A DNA stretch of 59,138 nucleotides, filler included, from Streblomastix strix (lineage: Eukaryota), in the NCBI GenBank assembly GCA_008636045.1. It is 3 parts of 3 records of this genome, joined end to end, with 100 filler letters (N's around TTAATTAATTAA, not from the genome) between each part and the next. Parts side by side here need not be neighbours in the genome. Positions count along the whole stretch, not along the records: positions 1 to 19,655 come from SNRW01000497.1; positions 19,756 to 39,405 come from SNRW01000498.1; 1 more part is not named here. The stretch is one strand, 5' to 3'. Position 1 is the first letter of the stretch; each line of letters begins with the position of its first letter. Below are positions 12,773-23,959 of the stretch, piece after piece. The notes under the pieces are model-generated. The model searched no databases. It was not told the DNA's origin and saw only the letters and a list, made by a program, of their open reading frames with translations. Made by a program: the position numbers and the translations under genes.

Positions 12773-12854
12773 ATAGTCGAAACATTAAAAAATAAAATCA
12801 TTTATTCGAATCCAAAATAATATACATAAAATTTTATTTTATTATAAATAATTA

Positions 12855-13115
12855 ATAGCAGTCAGGTTATTCTCAAAAATAAAACAATTAGTTTAAAAAG
12901 TAGGGAAAGGTCTTTAATTGGCTGATGATAACATTTATAGACTGTTCATAGAACCATTTGCTAAATCAATTCTTGGAGCACTGGGTCCTGTCGGCTAAAC
13001 AATAGACAAAGGTTTAGATGTTGCTAGCTCATTTCTTGATTATGGTTATGGTGCGGATAAAAATGGTTAATTTAGATAAGATTTTGATACATTAAGTAAC
13101 GACGAATATTTATGA
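12855..13115 (+). pseudogene. Small amphipathic-helix protein, start codon apparently lost
   Basis: AVRLFSKIKQLVQKVGKGLQLAD...FAKSILGALGPVGQTIDKGLDVASSFLDYG. The frame begins ATA GCA where ATG would be expected. Confidence 0.45.
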
Positions 13116-13246
13116 TAAAAATTACCCATTGATATACAGATTCGAAGAATATAATTATAGATCCATTGAAAAATATAAGAATTATGTTCAATTCATTAAC
13201 GGTTATGAATATGTATTTTTTCATGTTTCGACTATCTGACGGATCG

Positions 13247-13318
13247 ACTGGTATTTTTCATAGAAATCATTTTACTCAATCCACCCAATCCACTCGGTCC
13301 AGTCAAAAGCCATTCACT
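13247..13318 (-). repeat. Dispersed intergenic repeat, inverted partial copy
   Basis: actcaatccacccaatccactcggtccagtcaaa is identical to the stretch starting at 7244. Confidence 0.85.
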
Positions 13319-13443
13319 ATCCGAATCAATTTATCGATCCAAAATAACGCTTTTTCATCAATGGTTTTTCAATTATCAACGTTTTTATGTTTCATTAACG
13401 AAGTTATATTAATAGTTTTTTGTTTTTTTATTAAATATAAAAG

Positions 13444-15152
13444 ATGAATAGATTTTTAATGAAAGCCACACATTTACAACAAGCAGGGACCATCGAAGAA
13501 ATATTGTTACGTAATACTATCATTCCATTCATTAATGACGCAGAATATAATTATTCTATCAAGGAAATCAAACCAGAATCATAGCTGCCAGCGTTGTTTG
13601 ATAAGGAGATAATCATTAGTTTATCAGACACAGGCCACGAAATCACATAGATATAAAATTCAATCTTGTCGATAGTGCTAACTGCCAATATTTAACTTTG
13701 ATAAATTTGGTAAAATTGACGAATCATACAAAGATGGTTTGGTTCTATTTTTAGGTCTCAAATCAGGTTCAAATCATATTAGAAAATACACAATCTATCA
13801 CAGAGATAAAACCATTGATGGAAGTCTATAGAATGACGCAACAACTGAGTCAATCATTTATAACACAGTCAAGCCATAAAGTGAAAAAAATATTAGAAAA
13901 CTTATTCATTCCTTTTATGAGAATATTCATAAATTTGATACGTCAGCGTGTGGAACATATATAAGTATGCGAGAAATTGAAGAATTAATAGGAAAACAAA
14001 CAGCCATTCCATATTCAATTCCAATACGCTTCAGAGTTAGCATTCCACTTGATGACCTCTTGATATTCTCTGCATTTACTGTTTATCCTAAATGCTTATT
14101 TGGTGATTTAAAAAAAATACAAAATAAATCCTCATGTATTCGTTTTCTGTTAAGTGAATCCAACAATTTCAATAGTTAAATATTATTCAATGAATAAAGA
14201 TGAATTATTGGGCAGTGGCCAGTAGAATTTAATTGATATTGATTTGATGTTCTGAAATTGGAGTTTGACATTTTAAAACACCAAATAATTTACGTAATTG
14301 GGATGCACTGCTCACTTGATAACAGGACTACATGCGGAACCATTAACTGAGTCAGAATTGAAGAACTTAGTATGTGGCATCAAACCTGTTACCATATGCA
14401 TAAAAAATTATGTCATAACAGAGGTGACCGCTAACATGGCGGGTTATAAATCTACTGATGCATGCCTTAATCGAGTCCGATAATTCTACAGCTAACGTCC
14501 ATTTGTTGTTCCAGCCCAACGTGTGGAAGTATGGTCCCTTCTGACATCTGCCACATTAACGGGAATACGAACATCTTAAAATATTCCTCTGTCTCACGTA
14601 ACCGACTTCTGTCTTCCATTCCCTAAAGATGCAAGTGCTACGACTTGCTTTGAAAATCCTTGCTATCAGAACATGCAAATAACCACTTGCTGACGTAATT
14701 TCCCAGATATGCCTATGAATACTCTTGACCAATAATTTTTCTAATTATAACTCAATGCATCAAATCTTGACCTGTTATTCGAAGCCACTGATTAGTATGA
14801 AGATGCTTTGACAACACCAAAAAATACAGCAACCCGAAGACTGAACCTTCATATAGATTTAACAAGCTTTTTGATAACTCTTTAATGTGAAAGGAACAGC
14901 AACGGAGCACTAACATTTGACGGACTAGACACTCAGAACTAAAACACATCTGCCGAACTCAGAGGAAAGCCAATATATCAAGGAGCAACAGATTCATATT
15001 ATAATGTAGATACCAGCGGAAAGAGGCCACCACCTCCTATTTTATGCACAGTTCATGATACATTTTGGTTATTCTCACCCGCAGCGGGCGGAAGCTGCAT
15101 ATATGATACAAACCATTCATTTGATGAAGTTATTGGACCACTAACAGGATGA
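13444..15152 (+). pseudogene. Putative major capsid protein of a Polinton-like virus (~565 aa), disrupted
   Basis: Beta-strand-rich ORF of MCP size. FRVSIPLDDLLIFSAF..YP..LFGDL and C-terminal FLITLQCERNSNGALTFDGLDT resemble double-jelly-roll PLV/Polinton MCP motifs. Two frameshifts and internal TGAs. Assignment is by pattern and context, not by HMM. Confidence 0.7.
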
Positions 15153-15288
15153 GAAAATTAATTCGTTAAATTAGAACATATTTTATTTTTTTATTTATAT
15201 ATATAATTAACCCCTAAACATTAATATGGTTAATTAAATAGGCAATTGGTTATATTTCCATTAATTATTTTTATTTATTTTATAATAA

Positions 15289-15795
15289 ATGGCTTCAAAT
15301 ATGACTTCATCATAAAACTTAAATAATTTCACTTTAACATAAAATGACGGAGTTGAAATCGGAGAAAACGCCTAAATGAACGGAGTGGGTCTTATATTAC
15401 CATATGCATTTGTAAATTCAGATAATTAAAGAAAAATGATATTCTATTAATACCACTATTCAAACTAAGGCTCTGATGCAGACATAAGCGTTCATAGTTC
15501 AATGGTTCAAGAAGAATAATATTTCGATTAATTTGTAGGCTATTGTAAGGAATAACGTGTTTATAAGCCTTTCATCCAATATTCGAACAACAGATATTTA
15601 TATGTATGGTTCCGTTAAAATTAAGAACTATTGGACATAAATTAAAATTAATTAAAATTTGTTCTTGAGTTGATGCTTGAATATTGTAGTGAAAAAGTTG
15701 CTGGTTCAAAAATGAGCTAGCCCATCGATGTGCATATTTTTGTTCAAATCATTGGGCCACGCTACCTCTAGAAAAATGGAGATAAATTATTTTGA
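15289..15795 (+). CDS. Putative minor capsid (penton-like) protein
   Basis: Directly follows the MCP. ISVHSSMVQ...FVGY...YKPFIQY...LYVWFRQ...LLDI...FVLELML resembles the C-terminal strands of single-jelly-roll pentons. Confidence 0.5.
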
Positions 15796-15897
15796 GTCTG
15801 GCTGATATCCGCCGCACCATTTAATGTTCAAACAAATAAGACTTCCAAAATTAATCGTTTATTTTTTATTTAAATCTAACTTTTTATTTGCTATAAA

Positions 15898-16197
15898 ATG
15901 GAAGCAGAAACTACAAACATATAATAAATTATATCAGACAATGAAACTTTCACTATTGGCTTTTATATGATGTTCGATATAATGATAAGAGATAAATATG
16001 GTTATATTAATGCAATAAAATTAGTCCCTATAATTAATGAAAGAGAATACACGAAATAGAAATCAAAAAAAATATTAAAATTAGTTATGTGTAGAGAATA
16101 TAAGAAATTTTTATGCACCTAAGCTCTGATTCAAAATTAGTAGTATTTTTTTTATCGAAACAAATCTAATTGTTTGAATAAAAAATATTTGCTTTGA
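15898..16197 (+). pseudogene. KilA-N domain protein, truncated
   Basis: FDIMIRDKYGYINAIKL matches the KilA-N signature (xxGYINATKL). The C-terminal half is not recognisable. Confidence 0.7.
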
Positions 16198-16412
16198 GTT
16201 TCAATATACATACTAGTAATATGCATGCACATATCTATTATACAAATATAAATATGAAATAATATGGTTAGCGTTACAAAAATAATAACATAGAATTAAT
16301 CAAACAAATATCAAAAAATCATTAAAAATTTCGTGTCAAAATTTTGTGTATTTTTAATTTTGTTGTACAGAAACTAGCTATCTATTATATTTACATTTAT
16401 ATTGTAGTTATA

Positions 16413-16916
16413 TCATATATGCTGTACGTAATAAATATTAAATTGATCAAATTAATTACTATCTAGCAAAGATATTAATAAAATTTATAAAATTTTTTTT
16501 ATTTTTTTTTAAATAATATCGCTGCCTTCGGCGGCTCTATCTATGATAGCGCTAATTTAAAGTAAATCCTGTACGTTAGTTATGATAGTTTTCTGAGAAC
16601 GTCGAATCAAAAGTAGTTACAAATCATTAGCAGATGTTCGGAATTTCTATCGCTGTATTTTATATTTTTTTTAGGCACGGGATCGTTACTCTGCGGCAAT
16701 GCGTTCGGCTTCTTCTTGTGAGCTATATTTTTTAGGTCTACCTCTTTATTCTATTTTCTCCTCATTTAATTATGTCTATTATATAGGATTAACTGCTTAA
16801 TCGATTAATGGAGCATGAAGAACTTCATAGATTGGACTGGAATATGTTTCATTCAATTATGGAACTGGTTTCTTCGATTATCTTTTACGTACTTGTTTTG
16901 TTTCACTTGATTGCAT
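16413..16916 (-). CDS. Small AT-hook DNA-binding protein
   Basis: QRGRPKKYSSQEEAERIAAEQRSRAQKKY: a GRP AT-hook followed by a charged helix. The 3' end is uncertain. Confidence 0.6.
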
Positions 16917-16935
16917 TTCCTTTTAAGAAAAATTC

Positions 16936-18485
16936 TCAATTACTTACAGAAAATATCGGTTAATTCGACGATGCATGAGCCAAAAATAACTATCGTCGAA
17001 TTAAGTTTAATTCGACGATTTAGGTTATTTTCTAATAATTTTTAAAAATAATTTGTTAAATTTTCGTATTTTATTAAATTTTTTTAAAAATTTTAAAAAT
17101 TATTTCGTCGAATTAACCGATAAGTCGAATTAAGCGATAGTCGAATTAACCGATATTTACTGTATATTAAAATAACTTTTATAGCTAGCTGGTAACGAAT
17201 TGATATCATCACTAATGAATTTACAATAATATATAGGTAACTCAATAACATTAATTTTATCATATGAATTCAATAATTTACACACAACATTACCGTTCTT
17301 ATAAGTAATGAATGTTGCTAACTCATTGAATTAACGTCTTTATTTCTAAAATCTTATAGGTAACCTAGAGAAATCAAAGTGAATCATTAATATATTTCCA
17401 CTCTTGAAATTTAAAAAATTCTATTGTTATTGTCTTTACATCACCTATTCCAATTATGATTATTTTTATCGTATGAATTTGCCTTCTAATTCTTTATTAT
17501 ATTACACTTATTTTGGAGTAAACCTATTCATGAATGCGAGATGTGGTGTTTTATTGTAAATCTCCACCATTTATTGCATCTAGCTTGGTGTTGCTAATCC
17601 TATTAATTCTTATCCAAACCCATTTCTGATTGTGCGAATGACGCTGTCTACTACTCTATTATGCTATGTATAAGGAGAACCTGTAAAATACAATGAAATC
17701 TTATTATCTTCATAAAATTATCTAATAATATTAGCTTTAAATCCAGTTTCACCATCACCTCTAATATTGTTAACATATACTTAATTAATGAACTTCTTTA
17801 ATGCAGCTAATATATATGTAGCATTCTTCTCATCTACAATTATTGGAATCACAACTAAATATTTTGTATTAATGTTGATCGCAAATAAATAATGCTATCT
17901 CCTTCGAGTAACTGGATTGACTCCGAAAACAAGATCAATCTCCCAAGATCCTAATTTTGGAGAGAAATATTGGCGTTAGAGTTTGTTTAATGGCTTCACT
18001 TTAGCGTCATTGATTTATGTTAAAATCGTTATCTTTACTTAAGTAATTTTTTCATATTATTTGACTTTTGATTTGAAAGGAATTACAGATAGTAATGCTA
18101 GAGGTTAATCAATTCTCATAATTTGTTCATTAGCATGGGGCCTGTTTGTATCTTGACTTCTTATAGATCTAACTCATCTTAATGGTGGATTATACTTTTC
18201 TGCTTCTGTTTAATATATCTCATACCATTCAAGTAATTTTTTTCCTCCAATCTATATTTCATCTGCATGATTAATTAAAACATTTTATTCTTCTTTACTA
18301 GGAGTTATTCTCATATTTGATACAAACTGTGCAAACTTCACTTCTTCATTATTTGTGTTCGATAATCGTTTGAGCTACTGTTCCATATTATGTGCATCAT
18401 ATTCTATTTATTCATCTGTTTATGCAAATCTTGCCAACAACAATTAGTAAATTTAATCTAAATTATCTTATGGGTCTCAGTTCAT
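16936..18485 (-). pseudogene. Retroviral-type (rve) integrase of the Polinton class, disrupted
   Basis: GSWEIDLVF, YLFAININTKYL, NIRGDGETGF, HNRVVDSVIRTIR and YNKTPH. Internal TGAs and frameshifts. The native stop at 16936-38 is separated from the gene by the MITE. Confidence 0.88.
16947..17162. mobile_element. 216-bp Tc1/pogo-type MITE
   Basis: TIRs cagaaaatatcggttaattcgac and gtcgaattaaccgatatttactg (1 mismatch). TA on both sides (16945-46, 17163-64). Internal repeats of gtcgaattaa in both orientations. Confidence 0.9.
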
Positions 18486-18511
18486 TTTATATTCAAAAAT
18501 AATTATAGACA

Positions 18512-19078
18512 TCAGTGACAGATCTTCGATTCGCAAGCGTATTTAATAGCGGCTTCTCAAATAATCTTAAAGATAGCGTGCCAATCAGTATGTAGTTATT
18601 CAAGCGCATCAATGGCTATGGTTATATTTGCGGATAATGATTCAAAGATAGGCATTTTCATTAGCTAAAAATAAATCATTCACTCTAACGTTTTAACTAA
18701 TTCTTCTAACTAATTTATATAATTATCTAGTATTTCTCTATATTCTTGACAAGCGTTATGAAGCTTATTTTCGACACTGCATTCAGAATTCATCCAATGA
18801 ATCTCATCTTATATTCTATTTTTAAGCGACATTCGCATGTCATAAACCGTATCTTTATGTGCCTCATCGAAACCATCTAGATCTGGTTTATTTTTATTAG
18901 TTTTACAAGGTAATCCGCCTGCAATTCTTGCATCTAATTTTGCATCACATCTGTCCATACTATCTCTTATTTTTTATAAATCCATCGATAACTTATATAT
19001 AGCTCTTGATTGTTACATTTATGATATACATTATTTTAGTGTATTAACGACTTCGTCTTGTTTCTCTTATTTGCTCAT
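18512..19078 (-). pseudogene. Hypothetical helical viral protein, frameshifted
   Basis: ATG at 19078 (MSKQEKQDEVVNTLKQ...) with a frameshift near 18890. The 3' end is uncertain. Confidence 0.3.
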
Positions 19079-19103
19079 TTCTGATAAAGTAAAAATAATA
19101 TAT

Positions 19104-19655
19104 TCAAAAGTCAATATCGTATAATTTTTTGAATTTATTTAGATAGATTGAACATAATTTATTATCAATATCTATCATTTGTACGAATAATGCACCTGAT
19201 TTCTTATTCGCATTAACGTGTAACTATCTGTATTATCTATAATTGTAAAAAAAGAATTCATCAGTTTCAGGATCATAAGAGTAGAACTCGAATCTATGAT
19301 GACGATATTCATTCACTACAATAGCTTCATCTGATAAAGAGTCTACGTAAGTATATTCCTCATTCATGTATGATGATTTATTTTTAGCATTATTTCTATG
19401 CGAAATCCATCGTAAATTATCGAAATGATAATCGCTTCTATCTCGATTTACATGATCAACTTCGTTCAGATTATCGGGATTATCAATGAAGTTTTATGCT
19501 ATAAGTCTATGAAGTCTATATTTTTTTCTATTAAGGTTCACGCATTAATATCCAGAATTATTTTCTATAAATATATTTGGTTAAAATTAATTATCAATTC
19601 GTCTAATTTAATATGGATATGTGTCATTGATCTCGAATTCATTATTAGCCACTAA
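19104..19655 (-). pseudogene. HNH (HNH_3 / I-HmuI-like) endonuclease, 5' end cut by the gap
   Basis: YRLHRLIAQNFIDNPDNLNEVDHVNRDRSDYHFDNLRWISHRNN. Same family as the genes at 37269-38696. Confidence 0.85.
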
Positions 19656-19755
19656 NNNNNNNNNNNNNNNNNNNNNNNNNNNNNNNNNNNNNNNNNNNNT
19701 TAATTAATTAANNNNNNNNNNNNNNNNNNNNNNNNNNNNNNNNNNNNNNNNNNNN
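19656..19755. other. Artificial contig spacer
   Basis: 44 N + TTAATTAATTAA + 44 N, identical to 39406-39505. Confidence 0.97.
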
Positions 19756-22105
19756 ATCCTGTTTGTTGGTGTTATAGATTGTCGGGTGCTTCTGTTTAGG
19801 GTGTATGGGTTGCACCTGTTTGAGTAGGTTGTTAATTTTCGTTATTTGTATTACCCTGTTCGTTCATTGGGATATTTTCTCTATTCTACTAAGTAGTCTA
19901 CTCTACTTCTATAACTTCTACTTATTATCTTTATTCATTCTATGTGTTATTAATTGTGACATCTTGTTATTGAACTTATATTTCTCTGTTGACTTCATGA
20001 AGTTGATTTATCTATTATTAGATTTATATATTCACTTATTAGTTCAATTATTCTTAATTGTCTTGTGCTACGAGTAATTATCGAGCTGTTTGAAAATTCG
20101 GAATTGGTGTCTCTCTTTCTTGATTGATTGATTCTGGGCTTGTCCAAGAAACACTACTTTCTTCATCAAGATTAGGAGAAATACGGTTCGCTACGCGAAA
20201 AACCTCTTCTTAGGCTGCTCGAAGACCCGGCATGTAGACTGGAGCTCCTGTAGCTGTTTACATTGGCGGTAACGCTCGCTCTCGTCTATCGCGTCGTATT
20301 CTAAATTGTCTTATTTATTGTCTTTCAATTTCGCTGTGTAGTCCTGCAGCCCAATCATCATTATTCTTTCCAATTCCTGAACCTTCACTTGAAATTACTC
20401 TTCTCCTCTTTCTACCTCTACCCAAATCTAATTGATCATCTCTATCATCTCGGTCTCTTTCATGTCTATGATTACGGTCATGGTCGTGGTCATGGTCGTG
20501 ATCATGATGGTGGTGGTGGTTGTCGTCTTCATCTAATTCCATTCGTACCGTATCTAGATATAAGTCTGTATCTACCTCTCTCCAAAATGCTTTCCATTCG
20601 CTAATTGTTAAGTATTCATGTCTGGCGTGTCTCTGGATGAAGACACTCACATTCAGGAGACCCTCTCCAAATCCTCTGTGGTGTTCTCCATTAGCTCTTA
20701 GCCCTATATATCTTAATGCGTAACTTCTGTGTGCCCAGAAATCTCTGTTAGCATTAAATTGATATTAAGTCATATTTATTGTTAGTTCTGGAGGGTCTAT
20801 TGGGGTGAACTGGCTCTGATCTGTTCTCTATAAGCTCTCTCTGTTCCATAAGGGTTATTAGTCTTATGCAATTCTTCTTGACAGGGCTACTCCAGGTGAA
20901 TCTAATAATCTTCCATTCACGTATCTGGGTTCTTGGACCTAATTTTGTTATTATACCAGTGTTGGTGGTCTGATTGTGGGTAACTGATTATATTGTTAAT
21001 TCAGTTGTTCAGCATTCTATGTCTAGAAGCTTGATTAAAAGGCTGGATGGCCTGCTGAGCTTGGTGCTGGCGGAGTTAATAAATTGGATTATTATGTTTA
21101 TTGGACTCCAAAGGTCGGTATGCTCTACATGAATTATGGTAAGCTCTCTGTAATACTAGGCTATTTATATAGCTGTATACTATAGTTTGAAGGAGGTTAG
21201 GCTTGTTAGAAGAGGCCTGGTTACGGAAAACCTTAAAATTGTTGTATTCCTGGGTACATACCAAAGCCCTGGAATGGTTATACTTGTGGTCTCGGTATCA
21301 GTTGTCCTGAGTAAAAATGTTGTACGATCTAGGTTGGTGTAAACGTCACCAGCTGTGGAATCTATTGTCCTGGTCTCATCGCAGTTGCGGAGTATTGGCC
21401 TGCTTGCGGGTTAATTACGTCCTGACTTCCTTGTCCTTATATCAATCTCAACGCATGCAATGGTTAAATTGCGTGTGACATGACTCCATTATAGCCCGGA
21501 TCGAATTATTAGGCCCCTTAAGCGCCTTCCCTCATCTGTATCCGGATGTAAGTTGACCTTTCTGCGAAGCGTAGTAGTGCAGCACACATGCCTACTAGGT
21601 CAATCAATGTCTCTTTCGTGTTCCCTTCCAATACGTGTTAAATAGACAGTATTGTAAGCTTGTACAGCATCAGGATTTGAAATTACAAATTCTAGATGTA
21701 CCCGTCTATCCGGCTGTTCGCGGCGTTGTTCAATATTTGGTGCGGTGGTACCTCTGCGTGTCTTGTTACTTCAGGTGCATGCAAAGTTCGCGCCTTGTAG
21801 TCCCGTATCTGCGCTTGTGCGATTGGATTCGCCCAAAAATCAATTGCGAACGCGTTTCGCCCCGTTAGCAGTTCCATGAACCTCATGATGAAATATTGTA
21901 CCTCCTGCATCGGCGGCGTCCTCAGAGCAGGTCCAGCGTCAGCGTCTGTCACTGTAATCTCGCGGTCGCTCGCAAATACGTTGGTATCGCTCCCGTTCGC
22001 GTACCTGTCGTCCGCTAATGGTTAGCTCGGTGTCGTGTTGAGACCAGCTCCTTCCCGGAGGTGTGTGAACAATGCCTGCGCGTTTTAATCACTTGCTTGC
22101 GTCAT
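19756..22105 (-). CDS. Long intron-less Gln/Pro-rich ORF (>780 aa, open into the gap), probable Gag-like ORF of a retroelement
   Basis: ATG at 22105 with no TGA before the gap. GC content is higher than host genes. A ~118-bp piece (21913-22030) recurs at 36434-36551. Contains a His/Asp tract. Confidence 0.6.
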
Positions 22106-22565
22106 GGTTCGCTTTCTTATTTTTCAAAAGGCCGACCCATAGGGATGGGCAGCTCAACGGAGCACCCAGTCCCCGCGGCCCATTTGGCAATCTCAAAATA
22201 AAGGGGTGATGCAAGAGTCTCAGACGGAGATGGACTACAATAATCTCCGTAAGGAGATGATTGTTAAAAGTTCCGAGGAATAAATAGAAGAAGAAGGCGC
22301 AAATGAAGAATCTGATGCACAAATGGTTAATAGATATGGATAATATGGTAACAGAATTAATTATGATGCAAACAGGGCCAAAAGAATAATATTGAACTAC
22401 TTCATAGAATAGGGAAATACAAGACCAGATTGGTATTGATGAGTTTTATATATTTTGATATTTTTTTATATTGAAAAACAAAATACTATTTATTTCATTC
22501 ATTTCAAATTGTACAAACAATTAAATAAATAAAGACTAGTTATTAAACGGTCTATCAGTCAACAT

Positions 22566-23420
22566 TCACTCGCCCAATCAAGGTAAATCTTTCTTTTCTA
22601 TTTCTTAATCTTTTTAATCATTTCCATCTACTTCTTCATTTACTCCATTGTTCACATTTTATTATTAATCTTTATATGATTGGTCATCTGATTCTTAAAA
22701 TAATTTCTTTTATTGTGCATGGATCCCAATATGATGTTGTATGTCTTCAAGTTCTTTACCTTATGATGAAGAACTTGTTTTAAATTTTGATTTATCAACT
22801 TATTTTTATTCTTTCTGCTGCAATCTTTTTTCTTTTTCTTATTCATGCCCTTCTCTAGCATTAGATAGTGATGTTTGCATCAGAGGTAGTGGTGCATTCA
22901 GATGTCTCCATACATCATCTCCATTGAAGATATAAAGAGGTTTTGTTTCAGCATGTTTCTATACTTTCTTAATTATCGATTTAGTATCAGTAGTAACTGA
23001 ATCAGTTGCTGATGGATCATTTTGTGTTTCTTTCTCATTTATGACTGGATCTGGTGGAATTGGTGGTTGTGCTCTTGATGCGAAGTATGGATTGAGGTTT
23101 GATGTTGACTGTGTTTGTCTGATCAACTTGTTCAGCATCTGATGCAATATTGGAATACGATTCAATTCAATTCTATCTGGAAAAAGATCTGATGCATTTT
23201 TTAGCTCACAACTCTATTTAACAATTGATTCCCATAATTTCTCATAATTCTCAATAGAGAAAGCAAGTGCATCAATCAGTTATGGTGGAGATTAAGGAAA
23301 TTTGTTTGATGATACAATTGGATGAGTATGCGAGATATGCGGAGTGAAGAATGAAGCAACAGCCAATGCAGTAGTTATTTGCGCAGCATGATCGTGGTCT
23401 TTCTTTTCATCTGATTATTG
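22566..23420 (-). CDS. Hypothetical host protein, boundaries uncertain
   Basis: Coding-like table-6 frames (NLNPYFASRAQPPIPPDP..., DVWRHLNAPLPLMQTS). No domain recognised. Confidence 0.3.
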
Positions 23421-23959
23421 TTATTATTGAAGTTATTTTTAATGAAATTAATTTTAAATATATAATATAAATCTTTTTTAATATTTCAAAATATATATAT
23501 AATAAAATTGAGATTGAATTGGATGGATTCACAATTCTAAAATGAAAGCAAGGGAGTGAGTGAGAAATAACGAGTGAGTCTGAAAGAGATGAAGTTTGAG
23601 AGAGTGTTCATTTAATTTATTTTGTAAATAGTTTTTCAAAATAAAATGTAAATAGAACTGAAATTGGGTGAAATAGCTTCACGGTCTCGGAAAAAGGAGG
23701 GAGAATCGCATCATTTTATTTTCTTGTAAATAGTCAATAAAAAATTTGTGTTGTTAGTGTGTCAAATTAAATTTATTGAAAAAACAGTAAATTTATAGTT
23801 ATTTGTATGACTGATATGTAATTGAAGTGAAGAATGAATAAAAAGTTGGTAAATAAATAAATGTACATTTGAAAAATCATTATTGAAATTAATTAATTCT
23901 CTAATTTATTTTTGAAGATTGTGCAAAGTTATTAATTATAGATTATTTTACGAAAGAAG

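Larger units (their letters stand above)
3809..19655. mobile_element. Endogenous Polinton-like virus (element 1), decayed, right end lost at contig break
   Basis: Starts with AGTAGT. Dense intron-less gene array: primase-helicase, fibre, capsid-like genes, KilA-N, rve integrase, HNH. Several frameshifts and in-frame TGAs. Confidence 0.85.

Noticed and set aside
9747..14693. TGA recoded as Gly in viral genes (TGA at 9747 aligns with GGA in sister repeats; others near 10726 and 14691)
   Set aside because: The same genes also have frameshifts and end in TGA, so ordinary decay by G-to-T changes is simpler.
8243..15900. ATAAA(A)TG at viral start codons as a poxvirus-like late promoter
   Set aside because: It is present at 8251, 11006, 15289 and 15898, but A-rich start contexts are expected in DNA this AT-rich. 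It cannot be distinguished without statistics.
3809..19655. Contaminating bacterial prophage
   Set aside because: It uses TAR=Gln, has an rve integrase and a eukaryotic MITE insertion, and is contiguous with eukaryotic transposons.
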